A DNA stretch of 64,000 nucleotides from Candidatus Multivoradales bacterium (GCA_965223155.1 CBDCVR010000015.1:896001-960000); one strand, 5' to 3'; positions 20,467 through 31,169 are shown, counted from the first letter of the stretch. Notes: a model not told the origin generated them from the sequence alone. A program made the numbers and translations.

Positions 20467-21615
20467 ATGAGAAAACCGTACCTCCTCGTAGCCCTGGCTC
20501 TTCTGGTCGCGGGCCCTCTGGCCTCGACCGCCGACGCTCAGCGACTGACCGTGCCGCCGCCCGGCGGCAACCAGCGATCGGTCGTCACCCAGTACATGGG
20601 CATGGTCTCGGTCACCGTCGACTACAACAGTCCGGACGTAACCAGCCCGGCCGGCGAGGACCGCACCGGCAAGATCTGGGGCCAGCTCGTGCCCTGGGGC
20701 ATCGCACCCAACCCGTTCTACCCCGGCTTCGGCAGCGCCGAGACCATGCCGTGGCGAGTGGGTGCCAACGAGAACACCACGATCGCCTTCTCTCACGACG
20801 TCGCGATCGAAGGCGAGCCCCTGGCCGCCGGCAAGTATGCGCTCTTCATGGCTCCGGGCGAGAACGAGTGGACGGTGATCTTCAATCGCAACACGTCGGC
20901 CTGGGGCAGCTTCTTCTACGACCCCGAGCTCGACGCCCTCCAGGTCTCGGTCAAGCCCGAGGCCACCGAGACTTTCAAAGAGTGGCTGACCTTCGAGTTT
21001 GAAGACCGTCAGCTCGATTCGGCCGTCGCGGTGATGCACTGGGAAAATCTCAGGGTTCCGTTTCAGATCTCGGTGCCCGGTTCCGCCGAGCTTTACCATC
21101 AGACGATCAGCGCCGAGCTGACCGGCGCCGTGGCGTTCACTTTCCAGAACCTCGTCGCCGCCTCGACTTGGGCCTCGCAGCAGGACGCCTATCATGAGGA
21201 TGCAATACGCTGGGCCGATGCCGCCATCGCCGCCAACACGGGCTGGCCGACGCTGTCCAACAAGGCTCAGGTCTTGAACCGCATCGGGCGCGCCGACGAA
21301 GCCATGGCGGCGCTCGAACAGGCGATGGACCATCCGACAGCCACACCGGTAGCCATTCACATGGCCGCCCGAGGCCTCCAGGCCCAGGGCCAGATGGAGG
21401 CCGCCAACGCCATCTTCCGCAAGAACTACGAGAAGCACTCCGGACAGTGGCCGGTCGACTTCGGGATGGCCCGTGTCTACTCGCAGGAGGGCGACTTCGA
21501 CAAGGCCCTCGAGCACGCCCGCATCGCCCTCGGCCGGGCGCCGGCGGGCCCTCAGATGCAGAACCTCGAGACCCAGATCGACCGCCTGGAAAAGGGCGAG
21601 AACATCAACCCCTAG
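20467..21615 (+). CDS. Exported DUF2911 domain protein with C-terminal TPRs
   Basis: Signal peptide; VDYNSP...IWGQLVPWG...WRVGANENTTI...AGKYALF...WGSFFYD; TPR helices; AGGAG RBS. Confidence 0.85.
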   Translation: MRKPYLLVALALLVAGPLASTADAQRLTVPPPGGNQRSVVTQYMGMVSVTVDYNSPDVTSPAGEDRTGKIWGQLVPWGIAPNPFYPGFGSAETMPWRVGANENTTIAFSHDVAIEGEPLAAGKYALFMAPGENEWTVIFNRNTSAWGSFFYDPELDALQVSVKPEATETFKEWLTFEFEDRQLDSAVAVMHWENLRVPFQISVPGSAELYHQTISAELTGAVAFTFQNLVAASTWASQQDAYHEDAIRWADAAIAANTGWPTLSNKAQVLNRIGRADEAMAALEQAMDHPTATPVAIHMAARGLQAQGQMEAANAIFRKNYEKHSGQWPVDFGMARVYSQEGDFDKALEHARIALGRAPAGPQMQNLETQIDRLEKGENINP

Positions 21616-21752
21616 CGAGTCTTTGTTCCCGATCGACTGCGGTCCGAGCCGGAACCGGGCCCGAGACCGAAATCGAACGGCAACAACGTGCCTCCGGCCG
21701 CCGAGGGGCCGAGCCGCCGGTCCTGCTTCCACAGCCGGGCCGCGCTCCTGGT

Positions 21753-23624
21753 TCAGCCGTCCAAGTACCCGAGTGCTTCCAAGAGCTGCCGGTCGCGCCG
21801 GCTAGGAGTACCCGGCTGCCCGGCATCCTCAGCGGTCCCGTCGGCCTTGACCCGCCTTTCCGCGAGCCAAGCTTCCAGCAACCGGTCGAAGTCGGCCGCC
21901 AGATCCGGCCGGGTCTCCACCAGGTTGACCGTCTGTTCCGGATCGCGGGCGAGGTCGTGCAGGTGTCCGCCCGCTGCCTGACCGGCCGGTCCGTTCGACG
22001 CCACATAGAGGTACTTGCGGCTCCGAACCATCGTGCCCATTCCGTTCATGTGCTCGGCAAAGACGAGCCGGCGGCCCGATTGGGGTGCCGTGGTCCACGT
22101 GGCCAAATCCCTGCTGTCCGTCGGCGGCCCGTCTACCCCGGTCGCCGCCAGCACGGTTGCGAAGACGTCCAGCGTCTGCGCCAAGCCCTCGAGACGCCGG
22201 CCCGCCCGCACTCGGCCGGGCCAGCGAACCAGCAGCGGAACGTGGGTCGTCGTGTCCCAGAGCCCAGCGTGGTTGAACAGGAGCCCATGCTCGGTCAGGT
22301 TCTCGCCATGGTCGGACACCACGACGAGCAAGGTGTCCTGGAGCATTCGCCAGCTTCGGAGAAACCCGACGAGCCGGTCGATCTGCCGGTCGAGATAGGC
22401 GACCTCACCGGAATAGAGCGCCTCGTGGCCGCCTAGGCCCGGCAGCCGAAAAGACACCGGCCCGGGTTCCCGAAACGGCTTCCAGGGTGCCGCGGGCGAA
22501 AGACCCGAGGCGTGCTCGTGGGCAAACCCGAGGGCGTAGTTCTCGGGCGGCGTGTGGGGAACGTGTGGATCGTAGAGGTGAAGCCACAAGAACCAGGGCC
22601 TATCTTGCTCGGCCAGCCACTCCAGGGCCAGGTCGGTCGACAGCTCGGCGCTCCGCAGCCGCTCCGGAACCAGGTAGTCCCCAAACCCCTGGTCGAGACC
22701 CGAGAATCGCCCGGCCAGGTGGCGCGCCGAGACGATGGCGTGAGTTGCGTACCCGGCCCGGCCCAGAAGCTCGGCCAGGGTCTCGTGGCGTCCGGCGAGC
22801 GGCGTTTCCAGATCGTAGATGCCGTGGTTCTTGCCGTAGAAGCCGGTCAAGATCGAGGCAAAGCTCGGGTTGGTGCCATTGAAGGTTGAATAGGCCCGGA
22901 GCCAGACGTCGCTCTCGCGACCAAGCTCGTCCAGAGCCGGGGTGACGCTGGGCTCGGCTCCATAGGCGCCCAGGGCGTCCGCCCTCAAGGCGTCGAGGCT
23001 CACCAGCAGGACGTTCGGAGCCGTGCCTTTGCGGCCTCGTAAGGCGCGGCCGAGCGGCCCGGGCTTGCCGAGCGCGGACCGAAAGTAGACCCCGGGGCTC
23101 CCCCACAGCGATTGCACCCTCCGGACCGGGCAATCCGCCACCGGTCCTTTCTTGGGCACTGACAGCGCCAACTGCATCGCGCGATCGGAGTAGGCGCCGA
23201 GATCCACGATTCGGTCCGCGGACGCAAACCAGGAGCTCCAGGTCACGGTTTGCTCGAACAGGCTGGTCCACTCGCCGCCGGTCTCCCGCGCCTCGACCCG
23301 GTAGGACACCGGGCACGAGGCGGTCCCGGGTACCAGCGGCCGGAAGCTCAAGTAGGGCTCGGATCCCAGCTCGAGCTCGAATTCGAGACGCTTGCCTTCG
23401 GGGATCCGCAACACGCGCAGATCTCCGGATGGAGCCTTGGTTCGCCGGCGCGGCGAGCCGTCCAGCTTGGCGCCGACCAGAGGCGCCAGCGAGCGCGCCC
23501 GCGGCGCGGAGGTCTCGCGCCACAGATCGATGCGAACCCAGCCTCCGGGCCCGGCCTCCGGGGCGCACGAAAGAGCCGGCAGGGTCAGCAAAACGGCGGC
23601 GCCGGCGACGAGGCCTTGCCTCAT
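21753..23624 (-). CDS. Sulfatase-like hydrolase/transferase lipoprotein (Thr at the nucleophile position)
   Basis: PNVLLVSLDALRAD, GTNPSFASILTG, HLYDPHVP, SDHGE, LEALGYL; ALSC lipobox. Confidence 0.85.
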   Translation of the reverse strand: MRQGLVAGAAVLLTLPALSCAPEAGPGGWVRIDLWRETSAPRARSLAPLVGAKLDGSPRRRTKAPSGDLRVLRIPEGKRLEFELELGSEPYLSFRPLVPGTASCPVSYRVEARETGGEWTSLFEQTVTWSSWFASADRIVDLGAYSDRAMQLALSVPKKGPVADCPVRRVQSLWGSPGVYFRSALGKPGPLGRALRGRKGTAPNVLLVSLDALRADALGAYGAEPSVTPALDELGRESDVWLRAYSTFNGTNPSFASILTGFYGKNHGIYDLETPLAGRHETLAELLGRAGYATHAIVSARHLAGRFSGLDQGFGDYLVPERLRSAELSTDLALEWLAEQDRPWFLWLHLYDPHVPHTPPENYALGFAHEHASGLSPAAPWKPFREPGPVSFRLPGLGGHEALYSGEVAYLDRQIDRLVGFLRSWRMLQDTLLVVVSDHGENLTEHGLLFNHAGLWDTTTHVPLLVRWPGRVRAGRRLEGLAQTLDVFATVLAATGVDGPPTDSRDLATWTTAPQSGRRLVFAEHMNGMGTMVRSRKYLYVASNGPAGQAAGGHLHDLARDPEQTVNLVETRPDLAADFDRLLEAWLAERRVKADGTAEDAGQPGTPSRRDRQLLEALGYLDG

Positions 23625-25024
23625 TCCGGCGCCGCGGCCGGTACGAGCTCTGGCAAGCGTCGGGCGATGCGCTCGGCCACGTACTCAAAGCCCCGGCGGT
23701 TGAAGTGACAACAGAGGTCTACGTAGAGCGGCTCTCGCACCCCCGCAAAGGCATCGGTCAAGTCTTCGAAAGCGACACCCGCGGCCGCCAGCTCGCGACC
23801 GGCTTCACGCAAGAGCGGATAGCCGTGCTCGGCGGACGGGCGAAACCCCTTCCCGGGCCCGGCGATGGCTCGCCGCTGTTCGTCGCGCGACAGCGGTTTG
23901 CTGCCGGCGAGATACTGATTCGGCTGGAGAGCGTGCAGGTAGACGATGCCGTTGGCTTCGCAAAGCCGGCGCATTTGCAGCGAGCCTTGCTTCCAGACCT
24001 CCACGCTGTCCGCGAGAACGCGATCCATCGATTCCGCTACGTAGCCGGGTCCTGACGCCTGCGCCCCGGTGGCCTTGACCGGCTGGACCGGCGAGGCCTC
24101 TAGGAAGCGACGCTCCCAGGACACCTCACGCTGGCGCCGCCGGACCTCGCCCAGCTCCCAGAACAACAGAGCGAGAGCGCTCCTGCCTAGCGGACTCGAC
24201 GCCAGCCGGGAGTGCCGTCGAAGTGCCCGCTCGCGGCTCTCCAGGATCCGTCCCAGAAGCTGAGCCTGGGTACGGTCCACGGACTTGGCCGCATACCATT
24301 GCCACGCCCTCGGGTAGAACGGATAAACGCCCGCCGCCACGTTCTCGGTCCAGGGCAGGGCGATTTCGTTGAAGCCATCCAGGTTGATCAAGTAGTCGAT
24401 CCGGTGCCCCAAGACTAGAAAGTAGTTGAGCACCATGAGTTGCTGCGGCTGCTTCATTCCGTCGAGCGCCAGGGAGACGAACCGGATCCGCTTGCCCGCG
24501 AAGCTCGCGTGTGCTTCGAGCGCTCGCAGGAAGTCCGGGTGGCGCAAGACGTGAAACCCGAAGCCCATGGCCACGGAGCCGCCCGTCATGGCCACGATCA
24601 CCTCGTCCTCGTCCGCAGTCACCGGGGGCGGTGCTCCGAAGAACCCAAACTCGTTGAGCTGGCCCCAGCCGAAGCCGGCCCGGAAGTCGGGATTCCCGGC
24701 AAAACCGAAGAACGGATGAAGCACTTTGCTCTGAATCCAGATCCCTCCAGACTCCTTGACCTCGAGCCGCTCGCCGCCGAGCTCGTCTACGTCGAAAGCT
24801 TCGCTGACCGGCTCCTCGAGCTCGGCTCGGACCTCGGCGAGGGCTCTGTGGGTCACGGGCCGGAACAACGCTCGTGCCGCCAGCTCGAGGCTCACCACGG
24901 TGACGAGCGCCACCCCCAGAACGGTCAGGATACGGGATGTTCGGAAGCTCAAGGGAGGGTAGGCGGCCCGGTCAGCGTTTCTGATTTCGGTCGTGGAGCG
25001 ACAGGCAACGCCTGTCGAGGACAC
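23621..25024 (-). CDS. Membrane-anchored SGNH/GDSL-like protein
   Basis: TM anchor, GGSVA, LDGFNE, LQPNQY, YVDLCCHFN (DxxH-like). Exact start uncertain. Confidence 0.6.
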   Translation of the reverse strand: MSSTGVACRSTTEIRNADRAAYPPLSFRTSRILTVLGVALVTVVSLELAARALFRPVTHRALAEVRAELEEPVSEAFDVDELGGERLEVKESGGIWIQSKVLHPFFGFAGNPDFRAGFGWGQLNEFGFFGAPPPVTADEDEVIVAMTGGSVAMGFGFHVLRHPDFLRALEAHASFAGKRIRFVSLALDGMKQPQQLMVLNYFLVLGHRIDYLINLDGFNEIALPWTENVAAGVYPFYPRAWQWYAAKSVDRTQAQLLGRILESRERALRRHSRLASSPLGRSALALLFWELGEVRRRQREVSWERRFLEASPVQPVKATGAQASGPGYVAESMDRVLADSVEVWKQGSLQMRRLCEANGIVYLHALQPNQYLAGSKPLSRDEQRRAIAGPGKGFRPSAEHGYPLLREAGRELAAAGVAFEDLTDAFAGVREPLYVDLCCHFNRRGFEYVAERIARRLPELVPAAAPE

Positions 25025-25036
25025 TATGATAGCGGC

Positions 25037-26433
25037 GTGAACGGCTCGCTTCGGTGGCTTCGATCGTTCTTCCCCTCGATCGGCCTCGGCCTCTGGATCT
25101 TGCTTGCTGGCTGCGGAGGGAAGACGCCGGTTGACCGGATCGTCCTAGTCACCATCGACACTCTCCGAGCCGACCATCTGGGTAGCTACGGCTATCCCGT
25201 GCAGGTTTCTCCCTTCCTGGACCGCTTGGCTCGGGAGGGCATCCTCTTTGAGAACGCGATCAGTTCATCCTCGCATACCTCGCCGAGCCACGCCTCGATC
25301 ATGACGGGTGTCTATCCGAAGCAACACGGTGTGCTTCAGAATCTGGGCCGGCTTCCCGAGGACAGCTTCACCGTGGCCCGATATCTCCAGGATGCAGGCT
25401 TCGAGACAGCCGGCTTCGCAGCAGCCCCCTTTCTGCTCGGTATGGAGGCCGGCTTCGAACACTTCGCCGCGGCGGAGCGGGCCCAAGGCTGGAGTGAGGC
25501 ATCGACGATCGTCGAGCGGGCAACGCACTGGCTCGAGCAACTGCCTCGCGACAGTCGCTATTTCCTCTGGATCCACCTGTGGGAGCCGCATGAATGGCCG
25601 CGAACCCCCGCCGGGGACCAGGATGGACTCGCCCGCCAAGCGGAGGGGCTTAGCGACGAGGCGTTCCTCGAGTTTCTGCGAACCCAGCACGGCACCGACC
25701 CGTCTTGGCAGACCGAGGTCCGAACCCTCGCAGCGATCGACCGCTACGATGCCTTGATCGCGGAAGCCGACCGCGCCTTGGAGAGTCTCTACTCCGAGCT
25801 AGAACGCAAAGGTCACCTCGATCGCTCGCTGTGGATCGTTACCGCCGATCACGGCGAGGGCCTGGGCAGCCACGGACATGGCGGGCACGGCGAGCATCTC
25901 TATCAGGAACAGATTCACGTTCCTCTGATCTTCCACTGGGGTGATCGGCGGCACTCGGGCCGGCGAATCGATACGCTCATACGACACATCGATCTTTTTC
26001 CTACCGTCGCTGCCCTCGCCGGCCTTCCGCTCGACGGTCAAGGCTTCAGAGGGAAGGCCGGTCTTTCGTGCCGCTTTTCGAGCGTCGCTTCCTGGCCGGA
26101 ACGACGGAGATGGACGAGCGATTCGCCGTCAGCCAACGCCGGCCCGCAGACGCCAAGAGAATTGCTAGGGGCTGGCATCCGGGGGACGTGCTGTCGATCC
26201 AGAATCATCGGGCCAAGCTGATTCTCCGAACCGAGGGTCCGGACGAGTTCTACCTGCTCGACACCGACCCTCTGGAAGGGGACGATCGGGCCGAGCAGCC
26301 CTCGCGAGAGTCCTTGCAGCTCCGGCGCAAGCTTCTGGCCTTGAATGCCCGCATGCTGAGCGAAGCTCCTGAGCCGGCCTATCTGGACGGTTCCTTCCGA
26401 CCGCTGCTCCGTTCGCTGGGCTACATCCAGTAG
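25037..26433 (+). CDS. Sulfatase-like lipoprotein with an apparent 1-nt frameshift at ~26051-26053
   Basis: GTG 25037, LLAGC lipobox, VTIDTLRADHL, HTSPSHASIMTG, ADHGE. One extra G in GGG joins it to ...EGRSFVPL...LRSLGYIQ, the same C-terminal motif as its paralogues. Confidence 0.8.
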
Positions 26434-27260
26434 CTTGATTGCCGCCGCCGGGCGGGTCTCCAACCCAGCCGGGCCGCGGCCGGACCGCAGATCTCGCCAA
26501 ACGCCTGCTTGTGCTCGATGCTCCACTCCCGGGCATGGCGGCCGATCGCGCTCGCAACCACCGGACCCAGACTCGAGAAGATCGGGCAGCGGGCGTAGTC
26601 GGGCCCCGACAGGACCTCGGCAAACGTCTCGTCTTCTCGGCTGTACGAGACGCCAAGGGACTCGAAGAGCTCACCCAAGGTGGTCTCGGTCTGAAGGCAC
26701 AGATCCTCGTAGGACAACTCGTAGTCGACCAGATTCCGGATCGGCGCGAATCGTTCGGCCAGGTCGCGCCAGACGCCGCACGCCTCGCGGTACCCGCCGC
26801 GAAACCATCCCCTCTTGGCGATGCTCAGGGTCGTATCGCGCGGGTCCCGGGTGATGTGTACGATTCGGCTCTCGGGGAAGTCGCGCTTGATCGCGTCGAG
26901 GTGGACGAGATGCCTCGGCGTCTTTTCGATCCAAGTCTTTCCGGGCGAATACTTGCGCACGGCTTCGAAGAAGCTGCCGACGAAGGCTCGACGGTCCGGG
27001 CACCGCTCGGCCAGCTCGCGCAGATAGGGCATCGAGTACTCCGGGCAGTCGGCGACGAGCTCGGTCGCGCCGCTCCGAGCGAGGTCGCCCAACATGTACT
27101 TCTCGATGGCTTCGAACCAGGCGGGCGTCCGATAGTCTTCGACGTAGAAGTTGGTCTCGTGCGCGCCGAAGAACTGCGGGTGACTCCACAGAATGTTGCG
27201 CAAGAGCGTCGTTCCGGTCGACGGGAAGCCGACGAGGAAGATGGGAGGACAGCAGGTCAC
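26421..27260 (-). CDS. PAPS-dependent sulfotransferase family protein
   Basis: PIFLVGFPSTGTTLL...SHP...ET, WIEKTP, HITRDPRD, SYEDL, IGRH. Confidence 0.85.
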   Translation of the reverse strand: MTCCPPIFLVGFPSTGTTLLRNILWSHPQFFGAHETNFYVEDYRTPAWFEAIEKYMLGDLARSGATELVADCPEYSMPYLRELAERCPDRRAFVGSFFEAVRKYSPGKTWIEKTPRHLVHLDAIKRDFPESRIVHITRDPRDTTLSIAKRGWFRGGYREACGVWRDLAERFAPIRNLVDYELSYEDLCLQTETTLGELFESLGVSYSREDETFAEVLSGPDYARCPIFSSLGPVVASAIGRHAREWSIEHKQAFGEICGPAAARLGWRPARRRQSSYWM

Positions 27261-27352
27261 TTGCGGCAGATATCTCGACAGGTCGCGGCGGAGGGAATCC
27301 CGAGCATACCGGGAACCCGCTGGCCGGGCTTCGGACTTCGAACCGAGCCTTG

Positions 27353-28696
27353 ATGCCCATCGCCCGACTCGTCGTCTTCGTCTTGCTCGCGAGCCTCTTC
27401 GCCGCAGCCTGCTCACGCCCGCGGCCTCAGGCTCCGGTGCGGCATCCCAATCTCGTCGTCGTCCTGGTTGACACCCTACGGGCCGACCACCTGGGGCTTT
27501 ACGGCTACTCTCGCGACACCAGCCCCGAGCTCGACCGCTTCGCTCAGGACGCGTTTGTCTTCGAACAAGCGACCAGCCAAGCCTCGTGCACGTTTCCGTC
27601 GGCAAACTCGATCCTCACGTCTCGCTCCCCGAGGCACTTCGTTGGCCAGCCCGACGGCGCAATGGGAATCCCCGACACCATCCATTCACTGGCCGAGATC
27701 CTCGAGCGGCAGGGCTACGCCACCGCTGCCGTCTCCGCCAGCCCCATCGTCCGCGCGACTCCCAGCCGCCACAATCCGCAAGGTGGCTTCGGGCGCGGCT
27801 TTTCGGTCTTCTCCGAGACCTGCCTCTGGAATCACGCCGGCTGTGTTACCGGTACTGCTCGGCAGCAGCTGGACTCGCTCGCCGAGCCGTTCTTCCTCTA
27901 CCTCCACTACATGGACCCCCACGATCCCTACAACCCTCCCGAAGAGCACGTCCGGCGGTTTCCCCGACCGTACTCGGGACCGGAGTTTGTCGCCGCCGGA
28001 GATCCCAATCCGATCGCCGAGATGCTCTTCGGCGACGGGCCCAAGCTCGAGCTCGGGCCGGAAGATCGGCAGCATCTGATCGATCTCTATGATGAGTCCA
28101 TCCGCTACTTCGATGGCCAGTGGGCTCGGTTCCTGGGAGCTCTCGAGGAGCGCGATCTCGCTGGAAGAACCGTCATCGCCCTCGTCTCCGACCACGGCGA
28201 AGAGTTCCTGGAGCACGGCAGCATCAAGCACTGCCGCACGTTGTTCGAGACCGAGATCCGGACCCCGATGCTTCTCCGAGTCCCGTGGGTGAAGGACGGT
28301 CGGAGGATCGAGCATCTGGCAGCCAACTTGGACCTCGTCCCTACCGTGCTCGACTACCTTGCACTCGGCGACGCCGATCTCGGTCTCGAAGGCCTCTCGC
28401 TGCGGCCGGCGATCGAAAGAAATGAGGCCGTCCGCCGGCACGCGACAAGCTGGCAAGCCTCCCGGCGGAGTGTGCGAGACGAGCGCTACAAGCTCATCTA
28501 CGAGCTGGGCCGCAAGCGAGGGGCCGCCTACGATCTCGACACGGACCCGCTTGAGACCCATGCTCTCGAGGAGGCTCCTCCGGGCGTCCTGGATAGGCTC
28601 TTTGAAGAGCTGTGGCGGCAGGACGGCGGTGCCACCGAGCTCGACGCCGGACGGAGCGCGATGGACCGGCTCCGAGCCCTGGGCTATCTCGAATAG
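27353..28696 (+). CDS. Sulfatase-like hydrolase/transferase lipoprotein (Thr at the nucleophile position)
   Basis: FAAAC lipobox, VDTLRADHL, CTFPSANSILT, HYMDPHDPY, SDHGEEF.EHG, LRALGYLE. Confidence 0.88.
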   Translation: MPIARLVVFVLLASLFAAACSRPRPQAPVRHPNLVVVLVDTLRADHLGLYGYSRDTSPELDRFAQDAFVFEQATSQASCTFPSANSILTSRSPRHFVGQPDGAMGIPDTIHSLAEILERQGYATAAVSASPIVRATPSRHNPQGGFGRGFSVFSETCLWNHAGCVTGTARQQLDSLAEPFFLYLHYMDPHDPYNPPEEHVRRFPRPYSGPEFVAAGDPNPIAEMLFGDGPKLELGPEDRQHLIDLYDESIRYFDGQWARFLGALEERDLAGRTVIALVSDHGEEFLEHGSIKHCRTLFETEIRTPMLLRVPWVKDGRRIEHLAANLDLVPTVLDYLALGDADLGLEGLSLRPAIERNEAVRRHATSWQASRRSVRDERYKLIYELGRKRGAAYDLDTDPLETHALEEAPPGVLDRLFEELWRQDGGATELDAGRSAMDRLRALGYLE

Positions 28697-28703
28697 GGAC
28701 AGG

Positions 28704-29951
28704 CTAGAACAGCCGCCGTGGCTTGACCGTCAGGTTCGCGAGCAAGAGGCCGGTCACCAGCGACAGCGCGATCAAGAGCATCGTAAAGGCGGTCTCGACG
28801 CCCGAGACGACGTCCTTGGCGAGTAGGGCTGAAAGACTACGGAAGCCCAGGCTTCCAGGTACCAGGAGCAGCATCGCCGGCAGCACCGGTATCGCCGAGG
28901 GAACGTCCCGCCAGCGCGAAATCCACGCTCCCGAGGTCCCCAGCAGCCAGGCTCCCACGCAGGTACCCAACTCGAGCCCCAAATACTCGGTGCCGAGGCG
29001 AGTGCCGAAGAAGGCCACGGCGATCATCGCCAGAAGAACCGGCGCATCCTTGGGCCGAGCCCGGAAGAGGACGGTGAGCGCCAGGGCGGTGACCACGAGC
29101 GCTCCCAGCACCACGCCGAACGGCACCGGGTCGGGCGGGGTCACCGCGGCATCGCCCACGAAGCGGCTCGCCACCGCCTGACCCAGAGCCACGCCGAAGG
29201 CGATCTGAAGAAAGGTGGTGAGCGCTCCGATCAGCCGCGCCGAGCCGCTGACGATATGGCGGTGAGCGAGCTCGTTGACCGCGATCGTGAGCGTCAGCCC
29301 GGGCAGGAGAACGATCAGGCCGGCAAGCGTCGGAATGAACGGAAAGAGACGGCCAACCAACGGCTGCGCCAGCGACGCACCGGCCGCGCAAACAATCCCG
29401 GCGACCGCCGGAAAGATGAGAGCGAAGCGCTCCGAGCGGCCGGCGAACTGGACCAGAAGTCCGATGATCGTGCCCAGAACCGCCGCCACCGCGGCCTCGC
29501 GCCAGCTGCCGTCGAAAAAGAGCGCTACCGTGGTCGAAGCGGCGGCGAAGCTCGCCACGCTGGCTGCGGCGCCGTAGAGCGGCGGCCGCGAGGCCAGGGC
29601 CTCGAGCCGCAGCGAGGCATCCTCGAGCGCCAGCGTCCGGCTCAGGACGCCACGGACGACTTCGTGGACCTCGGCCAGCTTGGACAGGTCGGCCTCCTCC
29701 TGGTCGACCCGCAAGAGGGAAGTCTCGGCCCGCCCTTCCTCTCCGATCGAGGTAACGATCGAGGTCGGCGTCACCAGAAACTGCGCCGGCACATCCAACC
29801 GGGAGGCCACCTCGCCCAGAGCCCGCTCGATGCGATGCACCGGCGTGCCGTACCGGTGCAGGGCCCGAGCCAGACGCCGCAGGAAGCGGGCGGCAAGCTC
29901 CCGATCGGCGCCGTTCGAGCCTCCGGAACGGCCTGCCCCCGGCTGGATCAA
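28704..29951 (-). CDS. Threonine/serine exporter (ThrE family)
   Basis: LARALHRYG...IE, DLSKL, LLPGLTLTIAVNELA...VSG.ARL, LLVPG; about 10 TM segments. Confidence 0.85.
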   Translation of the reverse strand: MIQPGAGRSGGSNGADRELAARFLRRLARALHRYGTPVHRIERALGEVASRLDVPAQFLVTPTSIVTSIGEEGRAETSLLRVDQEEADLSKLAEVHEVVRGVLSRTLALEDASLRLEALASRPPLYGAAASVASFAAASTTVALFFDGSWREAAVAAVLGTIIGLLVQFAGRSERFALIFPAVAGIVCAAGASLAQPLVGRLFPFIPTLAGLIVLLPGLTLTIAVNELAHRHIVSGSARLIGALTTFLQIAFGVALGQAVASRFVGDAAVTPPDPVPFGVVLGALVVTALALTVLFRARPKDAPVLLAMIAVAFFGTRLGTEYLGLELGTCVGAWLLGTSGAWISRWRDVPSAIPVLPAMLLLVPGSLGFRSLSALLAKDVVSGVETAFTMLLIALSLVTGLLLANLTVKPRRLF

Positions 29952-31162
29952 GGCAAGAAGGCTTTCGTGTTCGCCATCTTTTGCGGCAGGTACTCGTCGA
30001 GGACGTAGTTCAGTCCGTGCTTGGCGAGCGCCTGTTGCTCGACCCGGACGCCCATCTTGATCTGGCGCTCGAGGGCGTCCCGCCAGGGCTTGTGATGGCG
30101 GATGAAGGGATCGTTCTTGAGGGCGTCCTTGGCGCGCTTGACGTCGACGTCTTTGAGCGGATGAGTCGGCAGCTCGTAGTCGACGATGTCCTGCGGGGTC
30201 ACGCCCAGGAAGCGCGCCTGGGGCACGCAGAAGAACTCGTTCAAGTGCGCGGCGTTGCCCGATCCGACCTTGAGCGTCCGGTAGATGTTCGAGTAGCCGT
30301 AGGGATCACCATCCACGAAGACGTAGACCGGGAGCTTCTTCTCGTCCGCCAGCCGCCGGATGAACCGCCGGCAAGCCCGGGTCGGCACGCCGCCCAGGGA
30401 AATCAGGATGCAGTTGGCCTTGCGCCAGTACGCGTGCTTGACCAGGCGCTGGAACATGCCGGCGGTCTCGATCGCCAGCACGAACTCGGCGTCGGTCTCG
30501 AAGCCCAGCTCTTCGACCGAGATCGGAATCGAGTAGGCCCCGCTTCCGAACTTGGTGCAGTCGATCCGCAGGGTCTCGCCGGTCTCGCGGTCCCGGTCGA
30601 CGACCACCAGTTGACCGGCGACGGCGCCCCCTTTCTCCTCCGGGATGAAGCCGAGCTGTTCGCGGTTGACCTCGAACAGGGCCTCGACGTCTTCCATCAC
30701 CGCGTCCGACTCGGGCTGCTCGTTGAACCGGCACTCGTCCCAGTTCTTCGAAACGTAGTACGCCTCGCGCTTGGTGGCGATGTCGTCGGTCTCGACCAGC
30801 TCTTTCGAAAAGGCCATCATGCGCAGCGTCTGGGCGAAGGTCTTGACCGTGCCCACGGTGAGCGTTCTTTCCTTCTTCTTGCCCTTGATCCGGAAGTACC
30901 CTTCCTTGGGCCGGTAGATGACGTTCGAGAGGCTCCGGACCGGGAAGCGCAGGGACGGCGTTGCCTTCTTCAAGATCTTGGCGTGCACGGTCTTGGCCTG
31001 GCCGCGAATGCGCTCGACCACGCCCGCCGCCGAGACCGCCTCGGGCCGGGCTTTCCGAGCCTTCCGAGTCTTCCGGGCCTTTCCGGCCGCAGCCTTCTTG
31101 GTCTTCGTCCTGGAACCCGCTCCGGACCGGGCCTGGCCGCGGGTGGTTCGCTTCTTCGCCAT
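29948..31162 (-). CDS. top6A: DNA topoisomerase VI subunit A
   Basis: KREAYY catalytic-Tyr region, Q.ESD...EDVE, TOPRIM LAIETAGMF, GGVPTRACR, VDGDPYG, VEQQAL. Confidence 0.93.
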   Translation of the reverse strand: MAKKRTTRGQARSGAGSRTKTKKAAAGKARKTRKARKARPEAVSAAGVVERIRGQAKTVHAKILKKATPSLRFPVRSLSNVIYRPKEGYFRIKGKKKERTLTVGTVKTFAQTLRMMAFSKELVETDDIATKREAYYVSKNWDECRFNEQPESDAVMEDVEALFEVNREQLGFIPEEKGGAVAGQLVVVDRDRETGETLRIDCTKFGSGAYSIPISVEELGFETDAEFVLAIETAGMFQRLVKHAYWRKANCILISLGGVPTRACRRFIRRLADEKKLPVYVFVDGDPYGYSNIYRTLKVGSGNAAHLNEFFCVPQARFLGVTPQDIVDYELPTHPLKDVDVKRAKDALKNDPFIRHHKPWRDALERQIKMGVRVEQQALAKHGLNYVLDEYLPQKMANTKAFLP

Positions 31163-31169
31163 GGGCGGG

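Noticed and set aside
29948-31162. Stand-alone Spo11-like or Wadjet JetD nuclease
   Set aside because: A full-length cognate top6B is nearby and no SMC/jetABC genes are present.
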